This document shows, piece by piece, positions 42,373 to 55,330 of a stretch of 64,000 nt of DNA (the stretch's first letter is position 1; the number at the start of each line of letters is the position of its first letter). Position numbers and translations under genes: made by a program. Below the pieces are notes generated by a model, which saw only the letters and a list, made by a program, of their open reading frames with translations, did no database searches and had not been told where the DNA came from. Origin of the DNA: Paraspadella gotoi (Eukaryota; Animalia; Chaetognatha); the NCBI GenBank assembly GCA_051294375.1, contig JBJCIZ010000239.1, positions 5,367,656 through 5,431,655 of the forward strand. Direction: 5' to 3'.

Positions 42373-44199
42373 GGAATTTTCTTTAATCGACATCTTAACC
42401 AATCACGTTACATCGAACCTCATAGGCCCTCCTCAAAAATCGCACCCCCCCTAAAAAAAAACCGATTTGCATAAATTCAGCGCTTCTGGTGTCACCGCCG
42501 GTCGCGCCCCCTTCCGTCCTCCGCAGCCGCGGCGGCTGCAACAGTCTCAGCCGCCGCACACTTGCTGCGCGGTCTACCGCTTGGCCGCAGCCACTGATCG
42601 ACCTCGAGGAACAGAAATCGGAGGCGAATGTCTTGACGTGGATTCTGTGTCTTCTGAATTTAATAACGAAACCTCGCAAGTTTTTTTTTTAAAACCTGAT
42701 CTTCCTGAAATCATTTCGGGGGATTTTTCCCTCGAAGATGGCATAAAACATGACAACATTAATTTTTTTTTCAGAATATTAAATAAAATACTATTACAGC
42801 CTGGGAAAAAAAATATTTCTTCGTCGATCGGTCGCGTCGATCGTCGTCGTCGTCGTCCGTCGCCAGAATGCTACGACATTTTAAAACCAATTTTTTATAT
42901 CATTTTTTTTTTATCAAAGAAATCGTGACAAAATTGTTTCGAAACATTGAATCTTTTGGAATGACATGGAGTCGGATTTTGATTCACTGAGATGGTAAAA
43001 AAAAAAAAAAAGTGGATGAAAAAATATTAAGAGAAAGAAGAAAAGAAAGAGAAGGAAAGAAACGAAATAACGACAAGAGGGTGGAAGAAGAAGAAGAAAA
43101 AAAGAAGAAAGAAAAGAACAAAGAAAGAAAGAAAGAAAGAAACGAAAGAAGAAAGAATAATAGAAAGAAAGGAGAAGAAAGATGTCCGAAAAGAAAGGAA
43201 AGAAAGAGAAGAAAAAAGAAAAAATATAGGGCAAAACGGATAAAAATCATGAAAAAGCGGATTTGGGACGCCATGAAATATAATATTTTACGGATTATAA
43301 GACTTCAACTAAAAGAGGTAAGCGTACTACAGATAAAAAAGATAGAGAGGAGAATAAAGTATGAAGTACAAAAGTGATCATGCGGAGAAATATAAAAGAT
43401 AAATCGTTTTTAGTTTCAACATTTATTGGCGTGAGAGAGGGAAATAAAGAAGAGTTCCGATTCCAAACGGGAGAAATTGGATTACGGCATTCGATTGACT
43501 GTCATACGAGATCACATAGATAGCTTAATATACAGAAGAAGGTCGCGCTGACCACAAAAAAGCGATAAGTACAAAGAAGTAGTGATATGATTGAGTGCAT
43601 GATTGATTTTGATTAATTGGACCAATTCAAAGGGCAAACAATTACTTAACAGTATATGAAATATGCCACAATTTAAGATCTTTTGTGGGCGTAAAATTTG
43701 GGTGGCAGGACTAATGAAGATCTGGATATTAATTTAGGAGAGAGAGGAGAGAGAGAGAGAGAGAAGAGAGAGAGGAGTGTGAGAGAGGAAGACGAGAGAG
43801 AGATGAGAGAGAGAGAGAGAGAGGAGAGAGAAGAGAAATAGTTTTGGCTTAGGCGCTAAACATACTGCTCCTCAGTCCCGGAACGTCGGGGGTATTGGTC
43901 TCCTTTAATTTCTGCTTATTTTTGTTTCAATTCCTCTTCTCTCTCTCTCTCTCTCTCTCTCTTCTTCCTCTCTCCTCTTCTCTCTTCTACTCTCTCTTCC
44001 AATCACTTTCTCCTTCCCTCTCTCGCAGCGCTCCAAGTACTAATTATTCGCCCTTCTTGGGCGAGGGACCATTTTCCTTCTCTTCGCTCCTCATGCCTGC
44101 ATCCTCNNNNNNNNNNNNNNNNNNNNNNNNNTGTCTTGACGTTGGATGGAGGAAAGGATGGTAGTGGTAGGGAGAAAAGTGGGGGAATGGAGGGCCAAC

Positions 44200-46450
44200 A
44201 AGGATTGATGGTAGTAAACATAAAAGGAGTTTAATGATAAAAGAAAGATTTAAATCAAGAAAGTTTGAAGATACAGGGAGAATCAGGCTTTCATTTGTAA
44301 TGAGAAAAACAGAATTAAAAAATTTGGGGATAATTATTGAGAGAAAAAGAGTAAGCAAGAAACTAGAAGAGAGAAATAGAATCAACGTGACAACAAACCC
44401 CCCCTCTCACCCCGCCCACCGCATAGCCGGAATACGTAATTCCCGCCGTCGCCCAAATAGGAAGAACAAATGAGAAACGATCAGAGCAGATGACAGAAAC
44501 CCGAATAAAGGAAGGAAGATAGAGAAGAGAGATCAGAAATGAGAGAAAGAAGAAAGAGAGGAGACAAGAAAAATAAAGAGCGAATTATAACACGGTTTGT
44601 TTTCCGAATAAAGTTTGGTTACCAAAGATTCTTATCCTTTCATAAAGTAAATTAATTGGAAAAAAGAGAGTTATTTTGATGACCCACCACCACACCAGAA
44701 CGGAGAGAGAAAAGAGAGAGAAAAGTAGAAGAAAACATAAAGAATATGGAGAAGGAGAAAAGAGAAAGAAAGAAGAGGACTGATAAAAAAAAAAAAGATA
44801 AGAAAAGGAAGGAAAAAAAAAACCCGAGAAAAGTCGAACTCCCCCCCCGGATTGCGAATGACGAATAAATTTGATGTAAACATCTAAACGATGAAATGAA
44901 ATGAAAAGCGAAGATTTTTTTTTAATTGATATTATTTTTTTTTTAAATTATATATAATAAGATATTGGTTTTTTGCACATTTTACCTTTCTACTGTCTTT
45001 TCTTAATCTTTACCTTTTAAAGAAAAATAATAATTATTATATATCTCCTTTTACAACTGTTCTCATCCGTATCAGTTATAGATATTGGTACTTGTTCTAA
45101 TACTACTCTTCTTTTTCTTTTTATATATAACTTCCTTATTAACCTTTACGATATAGTGAGACAAGTCAACAACAGAGATGATTAAAGAAAAGACAAAGAT
45201 CCATATAGATATAAAATAAAAAATATACCATACAAAATAGATGAGATCATGAGAAAAATAAGGAAGTCTCGATACAGTCATGGAGAGCAAATAAACTCAG
45301 TTCTCTGGAGAGAGTCTTAGATGTTAAAAAGGCTTGACTAGAGGTCTTAATATGTTATTCAATTTACCCAACCATATCCTGATTCAAAGTCAAGTTTTTT
45401 TTTTTTTAATAAATTATTAGGTGAAATTTATATTTGAGTTAAACCTAATTTTTTTTTAAAGGACCTCCCCCAGGAAGAAAGGGTAAACAGGGCAGGGAAG
45501 AACAGACGACAGAGCCCGGACCTACTTCCTCTTTTTCCCCACGAAAAGTTATGCTCCGCCCATTACTCAACAAAATACAAAAAAACCTCAGAGAAAGATT
45601 CTATTTATATCTATAAACTGAATCTTACACTAGAAAAACAAGATCAATTCACCAGACATCATGTCTCTCTCTGCTGCCGCGACGACTGTGCGATCAACAG
45701 ACATGCAGCGAGACACGTGTTAATTTTTTTTTCATATTCTAAAGGTATGAGAGAATATCTCTCGATCGAGTCTCTGGGAGAGACTAAGAGCGACGAACAC
45801 GCATAGCCACGTGATCTGTCGTTGCGTCGTACCGCCGCCTCGGTCGTCGTCGGTCAAGATCCTCCTGCCTGCTTGTTCGTCGTCCAGACAATCGGGTCAA
45901 AAAAAACTTTTCAAGAGCCCCCAGAGCTTGTTGATTCAACTCTCTGTGGGTAAATTAGTTTAATATCTACCAATTGGAAGGTTATAAGACTTACGAGGTA
46001 TGAATACGGATTAAGTTGTAATCGGGAAATATGCATTGGTAATCTTTATGGGAAGATGACATTAATGTGAAGTAGTCGAGATATAATTCGAGGGTTTACT
46101 GACTTGGAGCCGTTGAATATGTAAGGAATAAATTATAAAAAGAGGAGTGATTATAGAAAAATAAGGAATGATATGTGTTGCTTTATAGGACTAATGAAGA
46201 AAGAAAAAAATCATAAATAAAAGAAAGAAGAAGAGAGAAAGAATTAGAGAGATAAGAATAGTTACGACATAGAAAAAGAAAAGAAGGAGACATGGAAACC
46301 GAGAGAAATTAAGAAGTACGCCGTTGGTAAGTTAAACATACGTATCCGTCTCTCCCTCCGAAGTTTGCCTAGGCGACATCGGACGCGAGCGAAGCGTATC
46401 GAGAGAGAGAGAGAAAGACGCCGTAGAGGCACCGCCCAACAGACGACCAC
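44200..46450 (-). repeat. Inverted, very noisy copy of about 33150-34880
   Basis: gatattggttttttgc, tatgttattcaatttacccaaccatatcct and caccgcccaacagacgacc are near reverse complements of sequence at ~34262, ~33929 and ~33157; starts just after a 25-N gap. Confidence 0.88.
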
Positions 46451-47050
46451 AAGATACATAGCGGAGGATGTAGAAGGTAGAAAGAGGAGAAGAAAAGATA
46501 TATAGGGCCAAACACGCGGGACGAGTGTACGTAAGAATTTCGAGTTATAAATGTTAAATCTAATTGGGGCGCGGCCTCAACATAACGATGATTTTACGAT
46601 TAGTTCAGAAGGTCCTCATAAGCGGAGTGGAAAATACAGATAAGTACGACACCGAGACACTAAAAAAAAGAGTAACAGAGAAGAAAGAACGAAGATAATG
46701 AAGGATAGTTGAAAAAGTTATGGCGATGAGAATAACAAAATGCAGTGATTTAGTATCATACATCTTATACACGATAGACAGAGAGAGAATAGAAGAAGTG
46801 AAGAGGAATGTTACCGATTCAAAGGAGAAAATTATACAGGCCGTGTCGATATGACTTATCGAAGATGATCACATGAGAGAATAAGAGATGATGAAGAATG
46901 ACAGAAAGCACCTCCTCCTCCATTTCTCGTCGTTCATCCTAACGTCTTTCCTCTTCCTCCTCCTCTTCTTCCTCTTCCTCCTCCATTCCTTTCCACTTCT
47001 CCTTCCTTTCCTCCCTTTCTCCAGAGAGCAAAGAACTCTCGTTTCTTCTT

Positions 47051-47101
<51 letters not shown>

Positions 47102-47206
47102 GATGTAAAAAGATGAAGACATAAAAATAAAAATGTTTGTTTTATGGAGAAAAACTCGAAAATAAAGAAGAAAAAAATCTTATCGTCTTCTTTTTATTTT
47201 CTCTCC

Positions 47207-47504
47207 GGCACTATTTTCCGAAAGTTACCCAATTCCGTCCCCTTAATAAGGGCTTTATTTCTGAACGTAATTTTAACCTTATTTTTTAATCCTTATCTTT
47301 TTTCAAATCCCTGAACCTATTTCGTAACTTCATTCCCAAATCCTAAACCCAAAACCCTAATCCTAATTCCTTAATCTAATCTTTAAATTAATCCTAAACC
47401 CTCACCAAAAGCCTAATCTTTATCCCAACCTCTATATTTTTTTAAACCTAAAAAAAAAATTTAGAAATTAAGATAAAATGGGGCGCTTTGGTAAAATAAA
47501 GACC
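47207..47504. mobile_element. MITE-like family B copy
   Basis: Left ggcactattttccgaaagttacccaatt; right aaaatggggcgctttggtaaaataaagacc; interior cctaaacccaaaaccctaatcctaa. Confidence 0.72.
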
Positions 47505-48466
47505 TTTTTTAACCTTTCCCTTACATACTTCCATTTCCCTTACATACATACTACGAGTAAATTATTTAATAACGATTTTATACTTAAAAATGCTTCTGAT
47601 TTTAAAGGAAAAAAATATATAAAATCTTGTTCTTTTTTTTTAACCGATACCTGTGTCATCCCGAACTTATCAAATTAAACGATTTAAAAATATAAATATA
47701 TAAAAAATATCTTTCTCTCTCTCTCTCTCGCCCACGATTTTCTGCTTTGATTTTAACTTTCTTGTGGTCTTCTTCTTCTTCTTCTTCGTCGTCGTCGTTG
47801 TCGTCGTCGTACTCATCGTCGTCGTCTTAATCCACACGTTTTCCTCCTAAAAATTTGCAATTTCATGAGATAAAAAAAAAACATTAAAAAAATACGTGAT
47901 TTTATTTCCGCGCTGCTTCTTAGTCGCATCTTCGAGAAACGCCATTAGGCGATTCAGTCAATTCCTAGAGTTATCTTCTGCACAGAATCAACAGCTTTTT
48001 AACTGACATACAGCGAAACAAGCGGAAAAAAAAGATGCTGAATGAAAAAAGCTGTGATTTGTTTCACAGTTTTAACTTTAGGTAATACCCATTAGTTTTT
48101 AGAAAGTTCTTAAAATTTACTAAGCTTTCGGTTTTTTATATCAACGATAAAAGAACTTTTGTAATCATATCATTTCGTCATTTTGTCATAAATTTTGTAT
48201 TTTATCGAATAGATTTCTACTGTAAAACATTTTTGAAGCTTCCGAAATTTCGATTCGTCAGTGCGACGAGCAAAGCCGACAAAAAAAAAGAAGAAGCAGA
48301 CAAAAGAAAGCGACAAAAAAAAGTTTCGGTCGCGCTTCCTTTTAAAATCCGACGCGCTTCCGGCCATTAGCGCTTACAACGCCACCGCCGCCGCCGCCGG
48401 GGAAACTGCCGCCGCCGCAGCCGCCGCAGCCGCCGCCCTCGGCCTTATTCCGAACTTCCGCACAGA

Positions 48467-48548
48467 ATGGAATCTTCTTCGCTGAGGGGAAAATTTCCGG
48501 GAAAGTTTTCCTGGCGTTTCAGAGGAACCGTCCATCCCAAGGGAGAAG
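48467..48548 (+). CDS. Candidate first coding exon (MESSSLRGKFPGKFSWRFRGTVHPKGE), unknown protein
   Basis: ATG after a GCC-rich leader; strong AAG|gtaagc donor in phase 1, matching the 52294 exon; frame is also open back to an AG at 48369-48370. Confidence 0.45.
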
Positions 48549-50186
48549 GTAAGCAGGGTTTGAGTTGCGGGGCGGCAGGGGGAGGTAAGGTTAGGGGGGG
48601 AAAGGGGAGAAGTAGTAGGGTAAGTGTTGGGCTTTAATAAAGGGCGTTGCGTACGGGGTAGAGAGAAGAAGGGATATTTCTTCTTTTTTTTGGGGGGGGG
48701 TGGGGAAGAATCGCTTTATTTTTGTTTTCATGTTTGGAATAAGGAAATTTGTTATTTATCTCTGGCAGGAACACTAATATATACTTCAGTTTTAGGTTAC
48801 ATTCCTTTTCTTATATAACTTCCATGCTAATAGTTTTTTTTTTTTAAACACTTTAACACATTTATATTCACAGTGATTTTTTTCTTAATTTTAATAACAT
48901 AATCATAAACAGTAACAGAGTAAATGACTGGAAAACAAGTAAAAACTAAACTTCATATTGAAATTCAATAGAAACCAAAGACACTATTAGTGTTTGAGCG
49001 TTCTCGTGATTCGTGAGTCGTAACTGTTGTACTGGTCATTTCTTATCAAAACGCTATAATGAATATTACTAAATGCGTAATAATAAATAAGCTGATCAAT
49101 CTCTTTCACTTCTAATAATGATTTATTCAATGTTCCAAAGGTTAAAATTCAGTTTAATAATATAAATTCAATGGGTAAACCCCAAAAAACACCGTATACT
49201 GAAACATAACATAAACCCAGTATATTTGGACTAATTTACTACTATATGCAAATAAGATCTTCACCAGAGTAAAGAACTCAATCTAATTTTAAAATAAAAG
49301 AGAAACCATCCGTGACAAGTCCTAATGATCTCTGTTAACTAGATAAACTTCAGGGGAAAAACGAATTTTAAGTATTGAAAACTTAAGATATATAATAAAA
49401 TATATATATAATACTTTAGAAAAATTTCAATTGAGACACAATATGGTTAAAAAAAAAAAGAGTAAAGAATTGCGTACAAGGTCCCAAATTCTGTTTCGGT
49501 TATGGGAAACGACCAAGGATAAGGTTGACCGGATTTATTTTGGCTTACTAAGGGATTCTTTATTTTTTTTGTGAGTTTGAAAAGAGAAAAAAAGGGAAAA
49601 AAAAAGAAAAAAAAAGCAAAGGAAAAAAAGGAAAAATGAATTTAAAAGGAAGGGAAAAAAAGGGAAGAATATAAAGATGGCGGTTTGGGTTTTGAAACAA
49701 TTTTTAAAAATAGGGAAAAGGGGGAGAAAGATTGTGGTAAGAATAAGGAAAGAGGACAATCCCCTTTCTGGTAATTTCCCCCCCCCCTTTTTCTCTTCTT
49801 TTCTCTTTTGCTTTCCTCTCTTTTTCTCACTCTGTTTTGGTCTTCTTTTTGTTCGCACAAATGAAGAGAGAGAATCACTTTTTTTTGGTTGGATGAAAAA
49901 AAAAAGAAAATTATTTTTTTCCCTCCGTTGATTAAACATTCTTTTTCTTTTTTGTCTTTGACATTGATAAATATTTTTATAACTTTTTCCTTATCATACC
50001 TTTCGGGTATAGCTTGCCTTTCACTTGGTTTGTTAAGAGTTATATTTGGTTTACCTCGGACTTTGAATAGATTCACATCAGTAAAATATCTAAAAATATC
50101 TAAAAATTCTTTCTCATCGCTCCCTCTTTTCTTTGTTTATTTGTTAATGAATCCATCGCCTCATCTTTCTTCTCTAACTTTCCTCT

Positions 50187-50462
50187 TTTTCCACTCACTT
50201 CTCTAACTCTCCTCTCTTTCCACTCACTTTTCTAATTCTCCTCTCTTTCCACTCACTTTTCTAACTCTCCTCCCTATCCACTAACTTTTCTAATTCTACT
50301 CTCTTTCCACTCACTTCTCTTACTCTGATCTCTTTCCACTCACTTTTCTAATTCTACTCTCTTTCCACTCACTTCTCTAACTCTCCTCTCTTTCCACTCA
50401 CTTCTCTAACTCTCCTCTCTTTCCACTCACTTCTCTAACTCTCCTCTCTTTCCACTCACTTA
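50187..50462. repeat. 29 bp minisatellite (tttccactcacttctctaactctcctctc), about 9-10 copies
   Basis: Near-perfect tandem units. Confidence 0.95.
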
Positions 50463-50578
50463 TCTCTCTGACTCCACGAAAAACGAGGCGTCTCTCTCTT
50501 TCCGAACATTTAACGGGAAAAAAACGAGACGAGAAAATTTGAGTCTGTTGTTGATTTATTTGGGAGCCGAGGAAGAAT

Positions 50579-50623
<45 letters not shown>

Positions 50624-52293
50624 AGAAAGAGAGCACGAGAGAGAGAGGCAGAGAGAGAGTTTTATAACGTTTATCTCCTACATCTTTTTCCGCTTATTCG
50701 GTTTCTGTCGAGTCTCTCTTGCTCCTTTTTCCATTTTCTCCCACCCCTCTCCTCTCATCTCTCTCTCTCTCTTTCTCTCTATCTTTTTGTCACCCCAAAA
50801 AAATCTCAGTTACTTTTCTCATTCAAAAGATTGTCTTCTTATGATCAACATTTGGACAANNNNNNNNNNNNNNNNNNNNNNNNNNNNNNNNNNNNNNNNN
50901 NNNNNNNNNNNNNNNNNNNNNNNNNNNNNNNNNNNNNNNNNNNNNNNNNNNNNNNNNNNNNNNNNNNNNNNNNNNNNNNNNNNNNNNNNNNNNNNNNNNN
51001 NNNNNNNNNNNNNNNNNNNNNNNNNNNNNNNNNNNNNNNNNNNNNNNNNNNNNNNNNNNNNNNNNNNNNNNNNNNNNNNNNNNNNNNNNNNNNNNNNNNN
51101 NNNNNNNNNNNNNNNNNNNNNNNNNNNNNNNNNNNNNNNNNNNNNNNNNNNNNNNNNNNNNNNNNNNNNNNNNNNNNNNNNNNNNNNNNNNNNNNNNNNN
51201 NNNNNNNNNNNNNNNNNNNNNNNNNNNNNNNNNNNNNNNNNNNNNNNNNNNNNNNNNNNNNNNNNNNNNNNNNNNNNNNNNNNNNNNNNNNNNNNNNNNN
51301 NNNNNNNNNNNNNNNNNNNNNNNNNNNNNNNNNNNNNNNNNNNNNNNNNNNNNNNNNNNNNNNNNNNNNNNNNNNNNNNNNNNNNNNNNNNNNNNNNNNN
51401 NNNNNNNNNNNNNNNNNNNNNNNNNNNNNNNNNNNNNNNNNNNNNNNNNNNNNNNNNNNNNNNNNNNNNNNNNNNNNNNNNNNNNNNNNNNNNNNNNNNN
51501 NNNNNNNNNNNNNNNNNNNNNNNNNNNNNNNNNNNNNNNNNNNNNNNNNNNNNNNNNNNNNNNNNNNNNNNGAGAGAGAGAGAGAGAGAGAGAGAGAAAG
51601 AAAGAGAAAGCGACATTGTTTTCGGTCCCCTTGACTTTTTTTGACAAAGCTTTTTCTAAAATTACTTATTCTACTATCTTTGATTATATTATATAACACT
51701 AAAATTTTATATTAATTTATTTATATATTGAGCTTAAAAACAAGCTTTTTTGGTTATATTTTTTTTTTAATTTTGGGAGGTAAGTTTGAGTTGTCTTCTT
51801 ATTATTTACGTTGATATGTTTTTTATATTTAATGTTTTGTCAATGTTCAAATACACATTTTTACAAATTATTTCATGCATTTGACTTTTCATTCAATAGC
51901 TATCCATTCTATGCAATGGATATCCTCTTTTCTCATCATTTTAAATATAAAAAGAAAGAATATATTTCTACGTTATTTTTCATTCCTTACTTTCGATTTT
52001 TTTCCCACGCAAATTATTTTTTCCTAATGATTTTTTTCCCTAATGATTCCAGCTTCTTATTTTTTTTTTTTTTTTTNNNNNNNNNNNNNNNNNNNNNNNN
52101 NNNNNNNNNNNNNNNNNNNNNNNNNNNNNNNNNNNNNNNNNNNNNNNNNNNNNNNNNNNNNNNNNNNNNNNNNNNNNNNNNNNNNNNNNNNNNNNNNNNN
52201 NNNNNNNNNNNNNNNNNNNNNNNNNNNNNNNNNNNNNNNNNNNNNNNNNNNNNNNNNNNNNNNNNNNNNNNNNNNNNNNNCCTTTTCCTACAG

Positions 52294-52703
52294 ATGTGGC
52301 CTCCATTCCTCTTCTCACGAAGGAGGAACGAGAAATGAAGCGAAGAGCCGAATCGCGTCAAATTAACGTAACTTCTATTACATCCGGGCCTTTTGCGTTG
52401 CCGTCAATCACATCCGGATCTTTCTCGTCGAAGTCTATCGCATCCGGGACGTTTTATCGAAGAAACGACGAGGAGGACGAGGATGAAGACGACGACGACG
52501 ACGACGACGACAGCCGGCGAAGAAAGAAGACGAAGAAACGAACAAGAGAACAAAGACAACATCAACAAAAACAACAACTACAACAACATAAACCTCATCA
52601 ACATCATCCGCGAATAAGACAACAAAAACCGAAACAAGATTTACTTCGACGTCGACCACTACAACAACAACAACAACGACGACAACAGCCATCAAAAGAA
52701 AAG
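52294..52703 (+). CDS. Internal coding exon candidate: three 10-aa repeats (SITSGPFALP/SITSGSFSSK/SIASGTFYRR), acidic tract, basic RRRKKTKKR, Q-rich tail
   Basis: ccttttcctacAG acceptor, AAG|gtcagc donor, 410 nt open frame (phase 1 to 0). Confidence 0.6.
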
Positions 52704-52930
52704 GTCAGCGAGAAAAGAAGCCAAAGTTGAGCGGAAAAAAAAGAAAAAAAAGAAAAAAAAGATTACATTTTCTTTTCTCTCTCTTTTTTGTCTTCTTGGT
52801 TTTTTTTTGGGTCGTCATCCCTCAACCTTTTATCCTTTGTCCTTTTCTTAACCCCTTCGATCTGCCCCCCCCCCACCCTCTCCATCTTTCTTTCCCCCAT
52901 CCGCCACGCTTTGCCGTAAATCTTTCATTC

Positions 52931-53146
52931 AATTGGTACAACTAATATTAAAATTGTTTAATAAATAAGCTATCTTGCCCTTGACTTTGGACAGGCTTTG
53001 GTGGTTTAAGGCCTCCATCACTCTTACAAGATAATTACACAGTAGGACCCTGCAAGCTTTCAATCAAGACTCTCTCACAGTTTCGTTTATTCACTCCCAG
53101 AGTACCTGGCTTCCCTATCAATGAAGTGGTAAAATATTTTAAAGAA
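52931..53146 (+). mobile_element. Repeat family A, full-length copy
   Basis: Close match to 6717-6942, including tgactttggacaggctttggtggtttaaggcctccatcactcttacaagata. Confidence 0.82.
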
Positions 53147-54789
53147 AGTTAAAATTTTATGTAATATATATTATATTATATATTATTCTTTTTTCTTATC
53201 TCCTCCCCTTAACTCTTCCGTTTGTCTCTCTATCTGCTCCCCGACTGCCNNNNNNNNNNNNNNNNNNNNNNNNNNNNNNNNNNNNNNNNNNNNNNNNNNN
53301 NNNNNNNNNNNNNNNNNNNNNNNNNNNNNNNNNNNNNNNNNNNNNNNNNNNNNNNNNNNNNNNNNNNNNNNNNNNNNNNNNNNNNNNNNNNNNNNNNNNN
53401 NNNNNNNNNNNNNNNNNNNNNNNNNNNNNNNNNNNNNNNNNCTCCCCTTAATGCGCGCCGAAGCGCCGGAAACGCCGCCCGACGCAGCCCGACGCCGTCG
53501 GCGTTTTCTTTTTCCTTGGAACTTCTTTTTTTCTTGACTTCTGTTTTTTTGTTTCTTTTTTTTCTTCTATTTGTTGTTTTTTTTTGGCGTTTTGTTTCTT
53601 TTTTTAGTTTTTTAATGGATTTTTTTACATATTTCCTTTCTTTTTTTTACTTATGGATTTTACTAGTGCCTTTATTTCTTTCTAATAGTCTATTTTTTCT
53701 AATCTCTTTTTTTTCATTAATATTTTTTATTTTTTATTTATTTTTTTATTAATATTTTTTATTAATATTTTTATTTTTTTTTTATTTATTTTTTTTTATC
53801 TTTTTGATCTCATTGAATAATATCAATTATCCTTTATTATCTAATGTCCCATTAATTAACATCTCAATTCTTTTCATTCTTTCCCATTAATTCTCGATTA
53901 CTTCCCATCAATTATCTCCTATTACTTTTCTCCTCATCTCCAATTGTACATATTTCATACACACTCAATACTCAACTAATTGAGTCTACTCGTCTCGATG
54001 TAATTTTCTTCCATTTTATCTCTCCACATATACTCTCACAATACCTTCACACGGAGTCGTCTCGAATCAACGACCGCATAAATAAATATCTCATATAAAA
54101 TTATAAATTATTTAAATGTTCTTCCGGGGTTTCTCCGAATCCGCCCGTCCCTTCCCGCCGTTTTCCTTCTTCTTTCGCCAAAGTTAATCCGTAGTATTTT
54201 TAAAGTTTTTCAAATTTTAAAATTCGCATAATTTTACTACTTCGGAAATTCAAATTCCAGCGTTCGTCGACATTTTTTAAACGTAGTCGAAATGGAATCC
54301 TGTCGTCGGTCTCTCTCCCCCTGATCTCCGGAAAATGAAAAAAAAAAAAAAAAAAAAAAGTTTCGGATCTATATTCTTTGGTTGGGAGCATCCTCATCTC
54401 AGTCATCTCATTTCCTGACTTTACTCGTTTTGTCGTACATTATCTGGTATCTTTCTGTTCCGACTGTTTCTCATTACCTTTTTACTGGTTCATTTCCTCT
54501 CCGTTAATTTTTTGATCTTATTTTATTCTCACCTTCCCTAGACGGTTTTTTCTCTCCTCTCTCTTTCCAGCATGCAATGCCTCCTCTCTCTAGGATTTCG
54601 TACTTCTTTTTTTTCCCCTTTTTTTTTCCTTTGCACAATCATTTTTTTCTTTCCCAAACGTCACTCTTTTTTTTTTTTCTCCTCGTCGTACACCTCTTTT
54701 TCCTCCTCTGTCCTTTCTCCCTCCTTCTTTTTAACATCATTTTATCTTTCCGTCCCTCTCTCCCTCTCTCTCTCATTCTCTCTCTCTCT

Positions 54790-55060
54790 CTCTTTCTCTT
54801 TCTCCTCTCCTCATCTCACTTCTTCTCCCACTCACTCTTCTCCGCCAGGAGCCTAACCCATCAGGCGACGAAATCTTCAATCTTCAATCTCCTTCTCTTT
54901 GACCTTGGTGGTCTCAACTCCTTCCCGGTCGATTCGGAGCCGTCCTCTCGCCCTCGAATCACGCTCCTTGCTGAACGAGAGCGACGACCCAGTCAATCTT
55001 GTCTAGAATAACTCCTCTTCTTGACAAGCGCACCTCACAGGGCGAACCATTACCAGGCAA
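54790..55060 (+). repeat. Insertion-riddled duplicate of the exon start at 63574-63740
   Basis: ctccgccagg, ccatcaggcga, aatcttcaa, ctttgacctt and gaataactcc occur in the same order in both. Confidence 0.8.
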
Positions 55061-55208
55061 ATCAGACCGTAAGTCATATGAACGAAATGAATGACAAGCT
55101 CGTCCGAATTATTAATACAATGAAATAATGAAAATTCTCCTAACTATTTATTTTTTCTTTTAAAATAATGTGTTTCTCAATTTTTTTACTATGGACATTA
55201 ATCTGAAG

Positions 55209-55330
55209 ATTGGGTAAACCCGCAATATATAAGTTATATCCATTCATTTACATTAATAAATAAGCTGATGTTGAGGCTATTTTGTTCCTACCGACTTTGG
55301 TACTAGGGTAGGTGGTTTATTAAGGCTTCT
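55209..55330 (+). mobile_element. Repeat family A, noisy 5' part
   Basis: attgggtaaa...tatccattcattta...taataaataagct...gactttgg...ggtggttta...aaggc. Confidence 0.5.

Noticed and set aside
48240-48265. CUGACGA-auc-GAAA on the minus strand
   Set aside because: No room for stem II and no stem I pairing.
50187-50462. 29 bp repeat as a CRISPR array
   Set aside because: Units are directly adjacent with no unique spacers, there are no cas genes, and the context is eukaryotic.
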